DNA of 64,000 bases from Vicinamibacteria bacterium (GCA_963422395.1 OY729431.1:1716680-1780679); one strand, 5' to 3'; positions 1 to 11,399 are shown, numbered from the stretch's first letter. Numbers and translations: made by a program. Notes: generated by a model not told the origin, from the letters alone.

Positions 1-2
1 TC

Positions 3-797
3 GTCACCGGAGAATGCTCCTACGAGAACCCGGTACGGACCGCCAGGTATTTCGGTGCCCCGGTCAAGTCCATCCCCATGACCGGGGGCCTCGGGCTCGA
101 TCTCGACAAGATGGCGGGGGCGTCGATCGGCGCGGGACTCGTCTTCCTCTGCAATCCGAACAACCCCACCGGCACGGTGCATTCGCTCGCCGATGTCACC
201 GACTTCGTGAAGTTCGTGAAGAAAGAGTCGCCCTATACCGCCATCCTGCTCGACGAGGCGTACTACGACTACGTCACGCACCCGTCCTTCGACACCGGCG
301 CCGAGCTCGCCATGCAGTACCGGGATGTGTTCGTGGGCCGGACCTTCTCGAAAGCTTTCGGCATGGCGGGTCTTCGGATCGGCTACGCGTTCGGCCAGAC
401 CGACACGATCGCCAAACTCGCCCCGCTGCGGCTCACCTTCGGCACCTCCGTCCTCTCCATCGCCGCCGCGATGGGGTCGCTCGAAGATCCGGACTACATC
501 AAGCGGGAAGTGAAACGCAACGAGGCCGCACGCAAGTTCACGCTCGACTTCTTCGCAGGCCACGGCCTCGACCCGGTGCCGAGCGAGACGAACTTCGTGT
601 TCGTGAACATCGGCCGTCCGGCGAAGGAGTTCCGGGAGGCTTGCGCCGAGCGGGGCATCATGGTGGGACGGGATTTTCCGCCCTACCAGAACAGCCACGC
701 CCGCATCTCGATCGGCACCCTCGAGGAAATGCAGCGGGCGACCGCGGTCTTCGCACAAGTCCTCGGACTCGCCACCGCCGACAACCAGCAGCAATAA
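3..797 (+). CDS. hisC: Histidinol-phosphate aminotransferase family protein (class II PLP aminotransferase), C-terminal part; 5' end lies outside the window
   Basis: Motifs LCNPNNPTG and RTFSKAFGMAGLRIGYA; the frame stays open back to position 3. Confidence 0.8.
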   Translation, partial: VTGECSYENPVRTARYFGAPVKSIPMTGGLGLDLDKMAGASIGAGLVFLCNPNNPTGTVHSLADVTDFVKFVKKESPYTAILLDEAYYDYVTHPSFDTGAELAMQYRDVFVGRTFSKAFGMAGLRIGYAFGQTDTIAKLAPLRLTFGTSVLSIAAAMGSLEDPDYIKREVKRNEAARKFTLDFFAGHGLDPVPSETNFVFVNIGRPAKEFREACAERGIMVGRDFPPYQNSHARISIGTLEEMQRATAVFAQVLGLATADNQQQ

Positions 798-875
798 AAG
801 GCGAGATCCGAAACATCCGTTCCATCACCCGAGTCCTGGATCCGGGAACCCCCGCTACGAGGAGGTAGCCATCCC

Positions 876-2051
876 ATGCTCTCCCGCCGCAGTTTCCTCT
901 CTCACGCTTCGGCCGGCACCGCCGGTCTCTATGCCGCAACCTTCGTTCGCTCACGCCTTCGCGAGCAGATCGCCTTCGCCGCCGAGATGGGGATCGCCCC
1001 CGAAGATGCGATCAATCTGGCGAACAACGAGAATTCGCTCGGCCCCGGCGATGCGGTCATGGACGCCATCGATGCCGTGATCGGACCCGAAGGGGTGATC
1101 GCCGGGCGGTACCCGTTCCAGTTCGTCGGCCCCCTCCAGGATGCCATCGCCGAGAAGTGGGGGGTGCAGCCCGAGAACGTCCTCGTCGGCGCGGGCTCTA
1201 CCCAGATCCTCGTGGACTGCACCCATCAGTACGCGAGCCGCGAGAAAGCGCTCGTCGGGTCGCTGCCGACCTATGAAGAGTGCTTCGGATACGCAGCGCT
1301 CGTGGGGTATCGAACCAAGGCAGTTCCGCTGACGGCGGATTTCAAGATGGATCTGGACCAGACGCTCCACGCCCTGAAGAACAGCGGGATGCTGTTCTTC
1401 TGCAACCCGAACAACCCGGTGGCGACTCTCGTGGACCCTGGAGAGGGGAAGGATTTTCTCGGTCGTGCGCTCGCTGCCGAGAAGGATCTCCGCATCCTCG
1501 TGGATGAAGCGTATATCGACTATGTGACGACTCCGGGGCACGAAACGATGATCCCGATGGCCATCGAGAACCCGCGGCTCATCGTCGCGCGCACCTTCTC
1601 GAAAGCGTACGGAATGGCCGGACTCCGGATCGGCTACGCGATCGCGCACGAAGACACCATCGCCGAACTCGGCGAGTTCCACATGGGCAACTCGGTGAGC
1701 ATTCCCGCGCTGGTCGCCGCGAACGCCGCGCTCGATCGCGACAAGACAGATCCGGACTACCTCCCCAACGAGAAGAAGCGGAACACCGAGGCGCGCGACT
1801 TCATCCTGAAGTTCTTCCAGGACCGGGGGCTTTCCGCCACCGATGCCCAGACGAACTTCATCTTCACCGATGTCGGGATGCCCGTCGAGCAATTCCAGGC
1901 GGCTTGTGCTGCCGAGGGCGTCCGGGTCGGGCGGCCGTTCCCGCCGCTTTGGACCCGCTGCCGAATCTCCATCGGGACGATGGACGAGATGCAGCGCGCC
2001 GCCACCGCCTTCGCCGCAGTGCTCGATTCAGCCCAGAAGATGGCAGCCTGA
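876..2051 (+). CDS. HisC-family class II aminotransferase paralog with N-terminal twin-arginine (Tat) signal peptide
   Basis: N-terminus MLSRRSFLSHASAGTAGLYAA has an RR motif followed by a hydrophobic stretch. Motifs FFCNPNNPVATL and RTFSKAYGMAGLRIGYAIA. It is in tandem with the upstream paralog. Confidence 0.8.
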   Translation: MLSRRSFLSHASAGTAGLYAATFVRSRLREQIAFAAEMGIAPEDAINLANNENSLGPGDAVMDAIDAVIGPEGVIAGRYPFQFVGPLQDAIAEKWGVQPENVLVGAGSTQILVDCTHQYASREKALVGSLPTYEECFGYAALVGYRTKAVPLTADFKMDLDQTLHALKNSGMLFFCNPNNPVATLVDPGEGKDFLGRALAAEKDLRILVDEAYIDYVTTPGHETMIPMAIENPRLIVARTFSKAYGMAGLRIGYAIAHEDTIAELGEFHMGNSVSIPALVAANAALDRDKTDPDYLPNEKKRNTEARDFILKFFQDRGLSATDAQTNFIFTDVGMPVEQFQAACAAEGVRVGRPFPPLWTRCRISIGTMDEMQRAATAFAAVLDSAQKMAA

Positions 2052-2103
2052 TTCCCGGCGGTTCGCGCCGGGAATCCGAACTGCTGCCGGAGGCAGCGGT
2101 TCG
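2051..2103. repeat. Two adjacent GC-rich hairpins (cccggcg-N5-cgccggg and a 12-bp stem at gaactgctgcc/ggcagcggttc); an inverted copy of the B module of the repeat family at 5386-5850; likely bidirectional terminator
   Basis: Palindromes read directly from the sequence. The element starts at the stop codon of the aminotransferase and lies between convergent genes. Confidence 0.5.
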
Positions 2104-2234
2104 TGAACGGGAGTAAAACCCCTTTCTCATCACCCCTGCTGCGCCTGAGCCAGAGCTGCGGGCCGCAGCAGGTTTTTCGATATCGGGTTGCGGGGGAAGG
2201 GTCGCGGCGGATCCTCCGGGGGCTCCGACTCGCC

Positions 2235-4010
2235 TCAACTGCGGTCCGGCTGCCCCTCCCTGCGTCCGGAAAGGCGAAGCAGACGGGCCCGAACCCGACG
2301 AGCTGTCGTCAGGCGGACGCTCTGCTGGGCGAGGCTTTCGGCTTCGGTGGTATCGAGGCCGGCGATGATGCGTTTCACATCGACCACCGCGTTCGGACTC
2401 ATGGAAAAGGTACGGATACCGAATCCGAGCAGCAGCGGGATGACGAGCGGCTCGGCGGCGACTTCGCCGCAGACCGCGAGCGGCACCTTGCTGCGGCGCG
2501 CCACCCGCGCCACGAAGCGCACGGTGCGCAGGAGTGCCGGATGGAGGGGGTCGTTGCAATGCGCCACCCGTTCGTTGGCCCGGTCGGCTCCAAAGAGATA
2601 TTGCATCAAGTCGTTCGTTCCGATGCTCAGGAATTCCGCCTCCTGGGCCAGGATGTCGGCGGTAGCGGCCGCCGACGGCACTTCCAGCATCGCGCCGACT
2701 GGCACCTCTCGAAACGGCACCCCGCGGTGGCCCAACGTGCGAACCGCGGCCTTGAGATGGGTTCGGGCGGCGCGGAACTCTTCGAGGCCGCCGATCATCG
2801 GGAACATGAGCTGGATGTTGCCGTGGACAGCGGCGCGGAGGACCGCGCGGATCTGAGCCTCGAAGAGGCCGGAGGCTTCCAGCAGGAGCCGAACGCCGCG
2901 CAGTCCCAGGGCTGGGTTCGGCTCCGCCGCGCGCCCGATGCTGGTCGCGTCGAGGTCGAAGGCGCGAACCACCAGCGGATGGGGATCGAGCGCGCGGGCG
3001 AGATCCCGGTAGATACGGAACTGCTGCTCCTCGGTGGGGATCTCCTGAGCCGCCATCCGTTCGGTGCGGAAAAGGCCGACCCCTTCGGCCCCGTTTCGCC
3101 GCACCAGATCGATTTCGCCGGGCTCGTCTATGTTCGCCATCAGCTGGACCCGCTTGCCGTCCGCGGTTTCCGACCGCATGGCGATGGCCGCCTGCCGGTG
3201 GCGGCGGCGGCGGCCGCGAGCCCGTTCGCGCCGCCGCCGGTATTCGACGAGCGTCTCCGGAGACGGATTCAGCACCACCACCCCCGCAGAACCGTCCACC
3301 ACTAGCGGCTCCCCGACCTGCAAGTGCTTGAGCAGTCGGCGCACCCCGGTCACACAGGGCACATCGTGGGTGCGGGCGAGGATGGCGGTGTGGTAGGTGG
3401 GGCCGCCAGCCTCCATGACCACCGCCAGCGCCCGGCTCCAGTCGATCTCCGCAGTGTCGGAGGGGCGAATGTCCTCCGCAGCCACGATGTGCCTGCGGTC
3501 CCGCCGTTTCCGTACCGGCCGTTCAGCTCCGCTCAGGACCTGCAGCAACCGCCCTCCCACATCAGCGATGTCCCCCTTTCGCTGCCGCAGGTACTCGTCG
3601 GCGAGCCCGTCGAAGACGGCTTTCAGCTCCGCAACGACAGTACGAACCGCCCATTCGGCGTTGATCTGTTCCAGCCGGATCACCTCCTGGACCCGGCCCA
3701 CGAACAGCGGATCCTCGAGCATCAACCGCTGGGCCTCGAAGAGATAGGACCGATCGCGGCCGAGCGCCTTCCGGGTGGATTCCCGGATCTCCTGGAGCTG
3801 GCCCGCGGCGCGTTCGCACGCCGACTGGAAGCGGCGGATCTCCGCGCCGGTGGCGCGCCGGCTGATTTCCATGCGGAACACCGGCACCGAGAGATGCTCG
3901 AAGAGCACGGCGCGCGCGACCGCGATCCCGGGGGCGGCGGCTTCGCCGCGGAGCACGAGGTCCGGGGAGGGGCGGCGAGCGGTGCTCCGCCGGATACCGG
4001 ATGGCGTCAA
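2235..4010 (-). CDS. ptsI: Phosphoenolpyruvate-protein phosphotransferase (PTS Enzyme I)
   Basis: 591 aa with PEP-utilizing enzyme motifs (GGPTYHTAILAR, SIGTNDLMQY). It overlaps the upstream HPr gene by 4 bp. Confidence 0.9.
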   Translation of the reverse strand: MTPSGIRRSTARRPSPDLVLRGEAAAPGIAVARAVLFEHLSVPVFRMEISRRATGAEIRRFQSACERAAGQLQEIRESTRKALGRDRSYLFEAQRLMLEDPLFVGRVQEVIRLEQINAEWAVRTVVAELKAVFDGLADEYLRQRKGDIADVGGRLLQVLSGAERPVRKRRDRRHIVAAEDIRPSDTAEIDWSRALAVVMEAGGPTYHTAILARTHDVPCVTGVRRLLKHLQVGEPLVVDGSAGVVVLNPSPETLVEYRRRRERARGRRRRHRQAAIAMRSETADGKRVQLMANIDEPGEIDLVRRNGAEGVGLFRTERMAAQEIPTEEQQFRIYRDLARALDPHPLVVRAFDLDATSIGRAAEPNPALGLRGVRLLLEASGLFEAQIRAVLRAAVHGNIQLMFPMIGGLEEFRAARTHLKAAVRTLGHRGVPFREVPVGAMLEVPSAAATADILAQEAEFLSIGTNDLMQYLFGADRANERVAHCNDPLHPALLRTVRFVARVARRSKVPLAVCGEVAAEPLVIPLLLGFGIRTFSMSPNAVVDVKRIIAGLDTTEAESLAQQSVRLTTARRVRARLLRLSGRREGQPDRS

Positions 4011-4300
4011 GGCGAGCCGTGCGGATTCGCCGAGGAAGGCGCTTCCGGCATCGAATCCCTGATGCCGCCGCTGACGAGACGGGTCAGTGCGGTGAGAGCT
4101 GGGACGGCATCCGGACCCGAAGTGTGGATCCGGAGCCGGGTTCCCGGCGAAGCGGCGAGGAACAGAAGCCCCAGGATGCTCTTGCCGTCGATGGTGGTTT
4201 CGCCCCGGGTAACGGTAACGACGGCGTCGTAACGCGCCGCAGTCTTCACGAAGCGGGCCGCCGCCCGCGCATGCAGACCCAGAGGATTCGTGACCGAAAC
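4007..4300 (-). CDS. ptsH: Phosphocarrier protein HPr (start codon uncertain; the ORF is open to 4417)
   Basis: VTNPLGLHARAAARFV ... GKSILGLLFLAA is an HPr signature. A GTG start near 4300 is presumed. Confidence 0.75.
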   Translation of the reverse strand, partial: VSVTNPLGLHARAAARFVKTAARYDAVVTVTRGETTIDGKSILGLLFLAASPGTRLRIHTSGPDAVPALTALTRLVSGGIRDSMPEAPSSANPHGSP

Positions 4301-4522
4301 CACGCTTCCAGGCACGGCTCTAACAGCTTCGGGACGAGGGAAACACAGCGCCGCCGAGGAGTGAGGACTGCCTCGTCGGGGGCACTCAGCCGAAGACCCG
4401 CCTGGAGCCGGGAACACTCCCCGGCGGGCTTCTCCCCAGAGGACTCCACGGGAGAACGGGATCGCTTTCGGCGCTCACATCACTCTATCCACCGATTACC
4501 AGGAATCGAAATCCAGTCGGGA

Positions 4523-5026
4523 TCAGACGGGGGTTCCCCGCCCTGCTTCCGCCTCCGGGGACCCACCGATCTCTTCGACCTCGACGGTCTTCTCGCCAGC
4601 GCGGGGCGGCGTCTCCTCGGCACTGGCGAGGAGTTCCGACGCCAGATAGATGTTCTCCTTACCCTGATAGAGCGCTGAGCGAGCGGCTTCAGCGAGAGTC
4701 ACCTCCTCCTCGGCGCGGATCGAAACCAGACGGATGAGCATGGGAAGGTTGACCCCGGTCACGACCTCCACTCGGTCTTCTTTCAGGAGGCTCAGCGCCA
4801 GGTTCGATGGAGTGCCGCCGAACATATCGGTGAGAACCACCGTCCCCGCTTCCCCGGAGACCCGATCGACCGCGGCGACGATGGCCCGGCGCGCGTCCTC
4901 GGGGGCATCGTGCCAGCCGATGGAAACCGAGGTGACATTCGGAATGTCCTCCCCGGTAATCATTTCGCAAGCGGCGACCAGCTCCCTCGCCAGTTGGCCG
5001 TGGGTGACCACCACGATTCCGATCAT
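4523..5026 (-). CDS. PTS EIIA component, mannose/fructose/sorbose (EIIA-Man) family
   Basis: N-terminus MIGIVVVTHGQLARELVAACEMITGE is typical of the EIIA-Man fold. 167 aa. Confidence 0.75.
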   Translation of the reverse strand: MIGIVVVTHGQLARELVAACEMITGEDIPNVTSVSIGWHDAPEDARRAIVAAVDRVSGEAGTVVLTDMFGGTPSNLALSLLKEDRVEVVTGVNLPMLIRLVSIRAEEEVTLAEAARSALYQGKENIYLASELLASAEETPPRAGEKTVEVEEIGGSPEAEAGRGTPV

Positions 5027-5087
5027 CGGAATCAGTATTCGGGGACTCGGCCCCTCCGGTCAAGTATGCAACTCGGAAAAGATGCAA

Positions 5088-5385
5088 CGCTGCCTCCCGA
5101 GAGAGCCGCAACCCCCGTCCGTGGCCAGAAAAAACACATGTTGCGACCGAGCCTCCGGCTCGGGCGCGGCACAGCGGGGGAATGTGTGAAAGGGGGTCCA
5201 CCCCCTTTCACTAATTGGTAACTCAGAAGCCGAACTCGCTGCCTCCCGAGAGAGCCGCAACCCCCGTCCGTGGCCAGAAAAAACACATGTTGCGACCGAG
5301 CCTCCGGCTCGGGCGCGGCACAGCGGGGGAATGTGTGAAAGGGGGTCCACCCCCTTTCACTAATTGGTAACTCAGAAGCCGAACT
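5088..5385. repeat. Perfect tandem duplication of a 149-bp multi-hairpin repeat unit (module A, two copies: 5088-5236 and 5237-5385)
   Basis: The two copies are identical by eye. Each contains the palindromes ccgagcctccggctcgg and gaaagggggtccaccccctttc. Confidence 0.85.
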
Positions 5386-5603
5386 GCTGCCGGAGGCAGC
5401 GAGTTCGGATTCCCGGCGCGCAGCGCCGGGCGCTTCGGGAGCGGGGCGTCCCCCCTCCTCCCACCAGAACACCCGACGCCATCCTGACGCCCCGCTCTCG
5501 GAGCGCACAACCCGTGCGATTCCCGGCGCGCAGCGCCGGGCGGTTCGGGAGCGGGGCGTCCCCCTCCTCCCACCAAAACGCGACACGACCTAACGCCCCG
5601 CTC
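5386..5603. repeat. Module B of the repeat family (two copies, 5386-5497 and 5518-5603) carrying hairpins gctgccggaggcagc and cccggcgcgcagcgccggg
   Basis: Direct repeats of about 85-110 bp with internal palindromes. Confidence 0.7.
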
Positions 5604-5619
5604 GAGAGATAGCCTCGAC

Positions 5620-5850
5620 CCTCTCCCGTGGCCTAAAAACACATGTTGCGACCGAGCCTCCGGCTCGGGCGCGGCACAGCGGGGGAATGTGTGAAAGGGG
5701 GTCCACCCCCTTTCACGAATTTGGTAACTCAGAATCCGAACTGCTGCCGGAGGCAGCGAGTTCGGATTCCCGGCGCGCAGCGCCGGGCGGTTCGGGAGCG
5801 GGGCGTCCCCCTCCTCCCACCAAAACGCGACACGACCTAACGCCCCGCTC
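5620..5850. repeat. Third module A copy (5'-truncated, 5620-5752) followed by a module B copy (5753-5850); the B copy contains the rpoN stop codon
   Basis: Sequence identity to modules at 5088-5603. The rpoN stop (cta at 5837-5839 on the plus strand) lies inside the B copy. Confidence 0.8.
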
Positions 5851-7326
5851 CCGAACCGCTCGGGCCGCTCGGACGGTTGCAGTGGCGGATACGCCGTTCG
5901 GTCGAGGACGGGATTCGCAGCGCCTTGCGGTACTTCGCCACCGTCCGGCGGGCGATGATGATGCCATCGCGGTCTAGCAACTGAACGATCTGTTCGTCGG
6001 CGAGCGGAAATTTCGGATCCTCACGACCCACGATCCGCTTCAGCCGCGCCCGGACCGCCTCGGAGGACACTTGGCGCCCATCCCGGAGCGACAGCGCGCT
6101 GTGGAAGAAACGGCGGAACGGGATGACCCCGCGCGGGGTTTCCAGATGCTTGTTGCTGACCACCCGAGACACCGTGGATTCGGCACGCCCGATGTCCTGC
6201 GCCACATCGTTCAGCACCAGCGGGCGAATGCGATCGATCCCTTCGTTCAGGAACGCTTCCTGTTTGCGCACGATGTCTTCGGCGACCAGTCGGACGGTCT
6301 CCTGCCGCTGCTGCACCGAACGCTGAAAGCCCTTGGCCCGGACCCACGCTTCTCGGGCGAACGCCTGTTCTTCGGGAGTGTGCCGGCGGGGCGATCGCAG
6401 GATCTGTCGGTACGCCGGGCTCGCGCGGAGCCGCGGGGCCGCATCGCTCATCTCCACCTGCCAGACGCCGTTGAAGCGGTACACCCGAGCGTCCGGAATC
6501 ACCACCTGTTCGCGCGAGGGGGCGAAGCGGCCTCCCGGCTGGAAGTCGAGTTCACCGATCCGGCGCACGAGCTGCATCACTCGGGAGATATCCAGTTCCA
6601 TAGTGCGTGCCAGCTCCCGGAAGCGCTCGCCGACGACCAGATCGAGATGATCGCGGACGATTTCTCCCAGGGGCCCGCGGTCTTCACCGAGAGCTTCGAG
6701 CTGCACCAGCAAGCACTCGGCGAGATCGAGACACGCCGAGCCGGTTGGATCGAACCGGAGGATGCGGGCGCGCGTTGCTTCCACCTCGTCCTCGGGAAAC
6801 CCGAGCCGGGCTGCGAGTTCCTCGACGGTTGCGTCCAGATACCCCCGCTCATCGAGATTCCCGATGATGTGCAGGCCGATGGCCCGTTCACGCTCGCTCT
6901 CGACCGAGAGGCCGAGTTGTTCGGTCAGATGCTGGGAGAGCGTTCGCCCGGCCGCCAGGGTGCGCTCCAGCATCGGCGGCTCCTCGCGGAGCGCGAGGCC
7001 GCCGGCGTTGTCCTGATTCTCGGCGAAGAAGTCCTCGGCCTCGATCTCGGCCATCGGATCCGGCTCGGGCGGCTCGGCGGCCTCTCCCGCCTCGTCGCCC
7101 TCATCCCCCTCGATCTCCTCCGCGTCATCGGCTTCGAGCTCCTCCTCCCCTTCGGCGATCTCCTCGAGCGCCGGGTTCTGGAGCAGCTCCGTCTGCACCC
7201 GCATCCGGAGTTCGGTCAGCGGCAGAGACAGCATTTCGATGGTCTGGCGGACCTGCGGGGTCAGGGCGAGACGCTGCTGCTGGCGCACTCCGATCCGCAG
7301 TTCGGTCTTCGGTCCCGGTCGGCCGC

Positions 7327-7336
<10 letters not shown>
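5837..7336 (-). CDS. rpoN: RNA polymerase sigma-54 factor
   Basis: RpoN box ARRTVAKYR, an acidic region II and a glutamine-rich N-terminus. It sits immediately downstream of lptB. Confidence 0.9.
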
Positions 7337-8132
<796 letters not shown>

Positions 8133-8136
<4 letters not shown>

Positions 8137-10262
8137 GACGGACCTGGAGCAGCGGGCCTGCGAACCTCGACGCGGGTCACCGCCCGCCGTCCCGGCGTCG
8201 GGCCGATCTCGGAATATTCCCGCCGGAAATCGAGGGCCAGATGGCCCCCTTCCGAAAATCGTCCGTCCACCGCGACGACCGCGGGACGGCCCCAAGCCTC
8301 GATCCGGTCACCATCCGGTTCATAGCGGATCCGCTGTCCCTCCACTCGGCTGGACCCGCGCTCGAAACGCGCTGCGAGTTCGCCGATGACGGCGCCCACC
8401 GACCCGTCGGGCAGCAACTGCGTCTCGATGGAGCCGGCGCTGACCCGGCTCAGCTCGCCGGATTCCGACCGCTGTTCGAGCCGCGGGGCTCCACTGTACG
8501 AAAGACGAGACCCGGCTGCATCGTAGGTGAAGCGCCGGGCCCAGGCGTCGAACCGAAGGCTCCGCTCTCCGGCGCCGCTGCTGTCTTCGGCTGCTTCCGA
8601 AGCCGCAGTTGCACCGCGCTCCTCCGCTGCCGCGCCCGCAAACTCCAGCGAACTCTCGACGCCCTCCTCGGCGAGCAGGCTCCGCGCCCCAGCATCCACT
8701 TCCAAGAGCTCCGAGACGAGCCGGTTCGGGCCGAACAGCAACCGGACCCCGCCGGTGAAGACGCCGCGGCCGGTGCCGCTTTCGAGAGTCGCAGCGTCAC
8801 TCGCCACCGCGGCTTCGTCGAACTCTCCGGGAAGCCAGCGAACCTGGTCAGGGAGAAAACGGGCAGTGACCGCCCCCTCCGCCTCGACCCGCCCCAGCTC
8901 CCCGACGATCAACCGCAGATCGCGACTCTCGAGCTCGAGGAGCGACTCGTCCACGACGTGAGGGGACCCACGGAATGTCAGCGTGTCTTCGCCGTTCCAA
9001 TCCGCCTCTTCCGCCGAAGCCGAAGCACCGCCGTACCGTGCCGCCACCCTGCCCTGATAGCGAGCCTCGGAGACCTCACCCTGCTCGTCGAACCGCACCT
9101 CCAGTGTTTCGGACTGGATCGCAATCCGGAATTCCGATTCCGCTCCCGCGACCAGCCGCGAGGTGACTTCGCCGAAGAGCCGGAGCCGTTCGGATTTCCC
9201 ATCGGCGTCGAGCTCCAGTTGGCCCCGCTCGCCGCGCAGCTCATTCTCCCCCGCTTCGACCACGGGATCGCTGAGAAAGCGCACGATCCTCGGAGTCCGG
9301 CCGGCGTCGAGCTCGATCTCGACCTCGTCGCCGAAGAAGCGGACTCCCGGTCCGTTTTCCGGCTCCTCGCTCCCCGCGGCCTCGCCCGGAGGGGGCAGCG
9401 TGTGCAAGACGGTTCCGAATCCGGCCAACACCGAGCGCATCCAGTCCCGCTCCGGGTCGCGCCGGAGCACCACCGATTCGTCCGAGGCGAGTCGGAACTG
9501 CTCCGAGGCGATTTCCACATCTCCGAACAATCTGGTTTCGGCGGTGGCCCGATCGAACCGGGCCCTCTCGGCGATGGCGGAGAATCCATCTCGGTCCACC
9601 GGCTCGGCGACCACTCCGCTCAGGACGACATCGCCGGAATCGAGGCGGAATTGCAGCGATGCGGCGATCCCGAAGAAATTCTCGGTTTGGAACTGCACCG
9701 GATCGGTGGACCAGAGCCGGTCGGGCACGCGCCGGAACTGCAGCCGAGGACCCGAAAGTTCCAACCCCTCGGCAACGAGAAGGGCGTTTCCCAGGAACTC
9801 GAACGACTCGATACTGGTGTTCAGCAGTAGTTCGTCGGCGGCGATGACCGCGTCCTGCCCGCCGACGATCTCGAAGACTCGAACCTCCACCCCCGTAAAG
9901 TGCTGCGTGTCGTCGCTGCGCCCGAGCGCTTCCGCCGCGGTGATCCGCACCAGCGGCCGCCCGCGATCGTCGAATTGGGTCAACTCGATCCCCCGGGACA
10001 CCACTTCGCTGGCTTCCTCGGAGAGGGCCTCGGCGTCTCTCGCCGGGGCCTCGAGCACCTTCGCGCGCCGCTCGAACCCATCCCGAAGCTGGAACGCGAG
10101 GAACACCGCGAAGGCGACGAGCACCAGCGCCAAGGCGGCGCGGGCGGCGCGGACTCCAAAACTCCGGAAAAAATCGCCGAACCGCCTCCGGCGCCCCCCG
10201 GAGAGGTCCCGAAGACGCTCCGGGGGACGCCATCCCCCCGAGTCGGAACCGACCGAGGACAC
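8133..10262 (-). CDS. Membrane-anchored periplasmic protein with repeated OstA/LptA-like segments (candidate fused LptC/LptA bridge protein)
   Basis: An N-terminal transmembrane helix ([15 protein letters not shown]) is followed by about 650 aa of repetitive beta-rich sequence. It occupies the position held by lptC-lptA upstream of lptB. The assignment rests on context and repeat character only. Confidence 0.45.
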
Positions 10263-10268
10263 GCCCGT

Positions 10269-11399
10269 TCACCCGCGCCGGCTCGGCCTGCGGCTCGGGA
10301 TGGTGTTTCCGGCGCTCTCTTGCCGCGAGACCGGCTCCCGGACACCCTCGCTCCCGACACTCGCCTCCACCGGGCCCGGCCGCGCCTCCACCTCGGGGTT
10401 CAGGAGCGCCGGCAGCGTCGGAGCCGCCTCGCCGGGCGTCTCTTCGATCCCCACATTCCCCATCGCTCGAAACTTCCGGTACCGGGCCCGCCGGCGTTCT
10501 CCGGAGTCCATGGCTTCGAGCTCGCGGAGTGCGCCGAGGAGTCTCTTCCCTAAAACCGCCGCTGCCTGATCGTGGTCGGCGTGGGCGCCGCCCGGAGGCT
10601 CCGGGACGATCTCGTCGATGAGGCCGCGCGCCAGGTGTTCGGGGGCGGTGATCCGCATCCGGGCGGCCGCCTCCTCGGCAGCTTTTGCCGTCTGCTCCGG
10701 ATCCTTCCACAGGATCGCGGCGCAACCCTCCGGAGAGATCACCGAATAGATGGCGTTCTGCATCATGAGGATTCGGTCGCCGACCGCGATTCCGAGCGCA
10801 CCGCCGCTGCCTCCCTCACCGATGACCGCCACCACGATCGGGACTTCGAGCCGAGCCATTTCCCGAAGATTGCGGGCGATCGCTTCCGCCTGCCCGCGCT
10901 CCTCGGCTTCGATTCCGGGGAAAGCCCCCGGAGTGTCCACCAGCGAGATCACCGGCCGCTGGAACTTCTCGGCGAGATGCATGAGCCGGAGCGCCTTCCG
11001 ATAGCCCTCGGGCCGCGGCATTCCGTAGTTCCGGCGAATGCGCTCGGTGGTGTCCCGGCCCTTCTGCTGGCCGATCACCATGACCGGCCGGCCGTGGAGC
11101 CACGCCGGCCCGCCCACCACCGCCGGATCGTCGGCGTAGCGCCGATCGCCGTGGATCTCGCTGAAGCCGGTGAATATCCGTTGCAGGTAGTCGAGCGTGT
11201 AGGGGCGCTCCGGATGGCGAGCCACGAGGACTCGCTGCCACGGCGTCAGCCCCGCATAGATGCGCTCGCGGCGCCGCTGGAGTTCCCGTTCGAGTCCGGT
11301 GATCTCGGCGCGGTGCCCGTCCGGATACCCGGTCAGCGCCTCGATCCGCTGGACGATCGACTCGATGTCCGCTTCGAAATCGAGGAATTCTCGTTGCAC
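10269..11399 (-). CDS. accA: Acetyl-CoA carboxylase carboxyltransferase alpha subunit
   Basis: [23 protein letters not shown] and related motifs, with a C-terminal low-complexity extension. Confidence 0.85.
   Translation of the reverse strand: MQREFLDFEADIESIVQRIEALTGYPDGHRAEITGLERELQRRRERIYAGLTPWQRVLVARHPERPYTLDYLQRIFTGFSEIHGDRRYADDPAVVGGPAWLHGRPVMVIGQQKGRDTTERIRRNYGMPRPEGYRKALRLMHLAEKFQRPVISLVDTPGAFPGIEAEERGQAEAIARNLREMARLEVPIVVAVIGEGGSGGALGIAVGDRILMMQNAIYSVISPEGCAAILWKDPEQTAKAAEEAAARMRITAPEHLARGLIDEIVPEPPGGAHADHDQAAAVLGKRLLGALRELEAMDSGERRRARYRKFRAMGNVGIEETPGEAAPTLPALLNPEVEARPGPVEASVGSEGVREPVSRQESAGNTIPSRRPSRRG

Noticed and set aside
5100-5240. Sigma-54 promoter (TGGCAC-N5-TTGC) inside module A on the minus strand (tggccacggacgggggttgc)
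   Set aside because: The GG to GC spacing is 11 or 17 nt rather than the required 10. This is not a convincing -24/-12 element.
4689-5840. Several small ORFs (for example 4689..5201, 5060..5350, 5032..5586, 5223..5642, 5643..5840) with duplicated N-termini
   Set aside because: They are translations of the tandem repeat modules. Identical peptides arise from identical repeat copies. No coding signature.
5088-5850. Possible CRISPR array
   Set aside because: The repeat units are 85-149 bp, directly abutting with no unique spacers, and internally palindromic in several places. This is not CRISPR-like.
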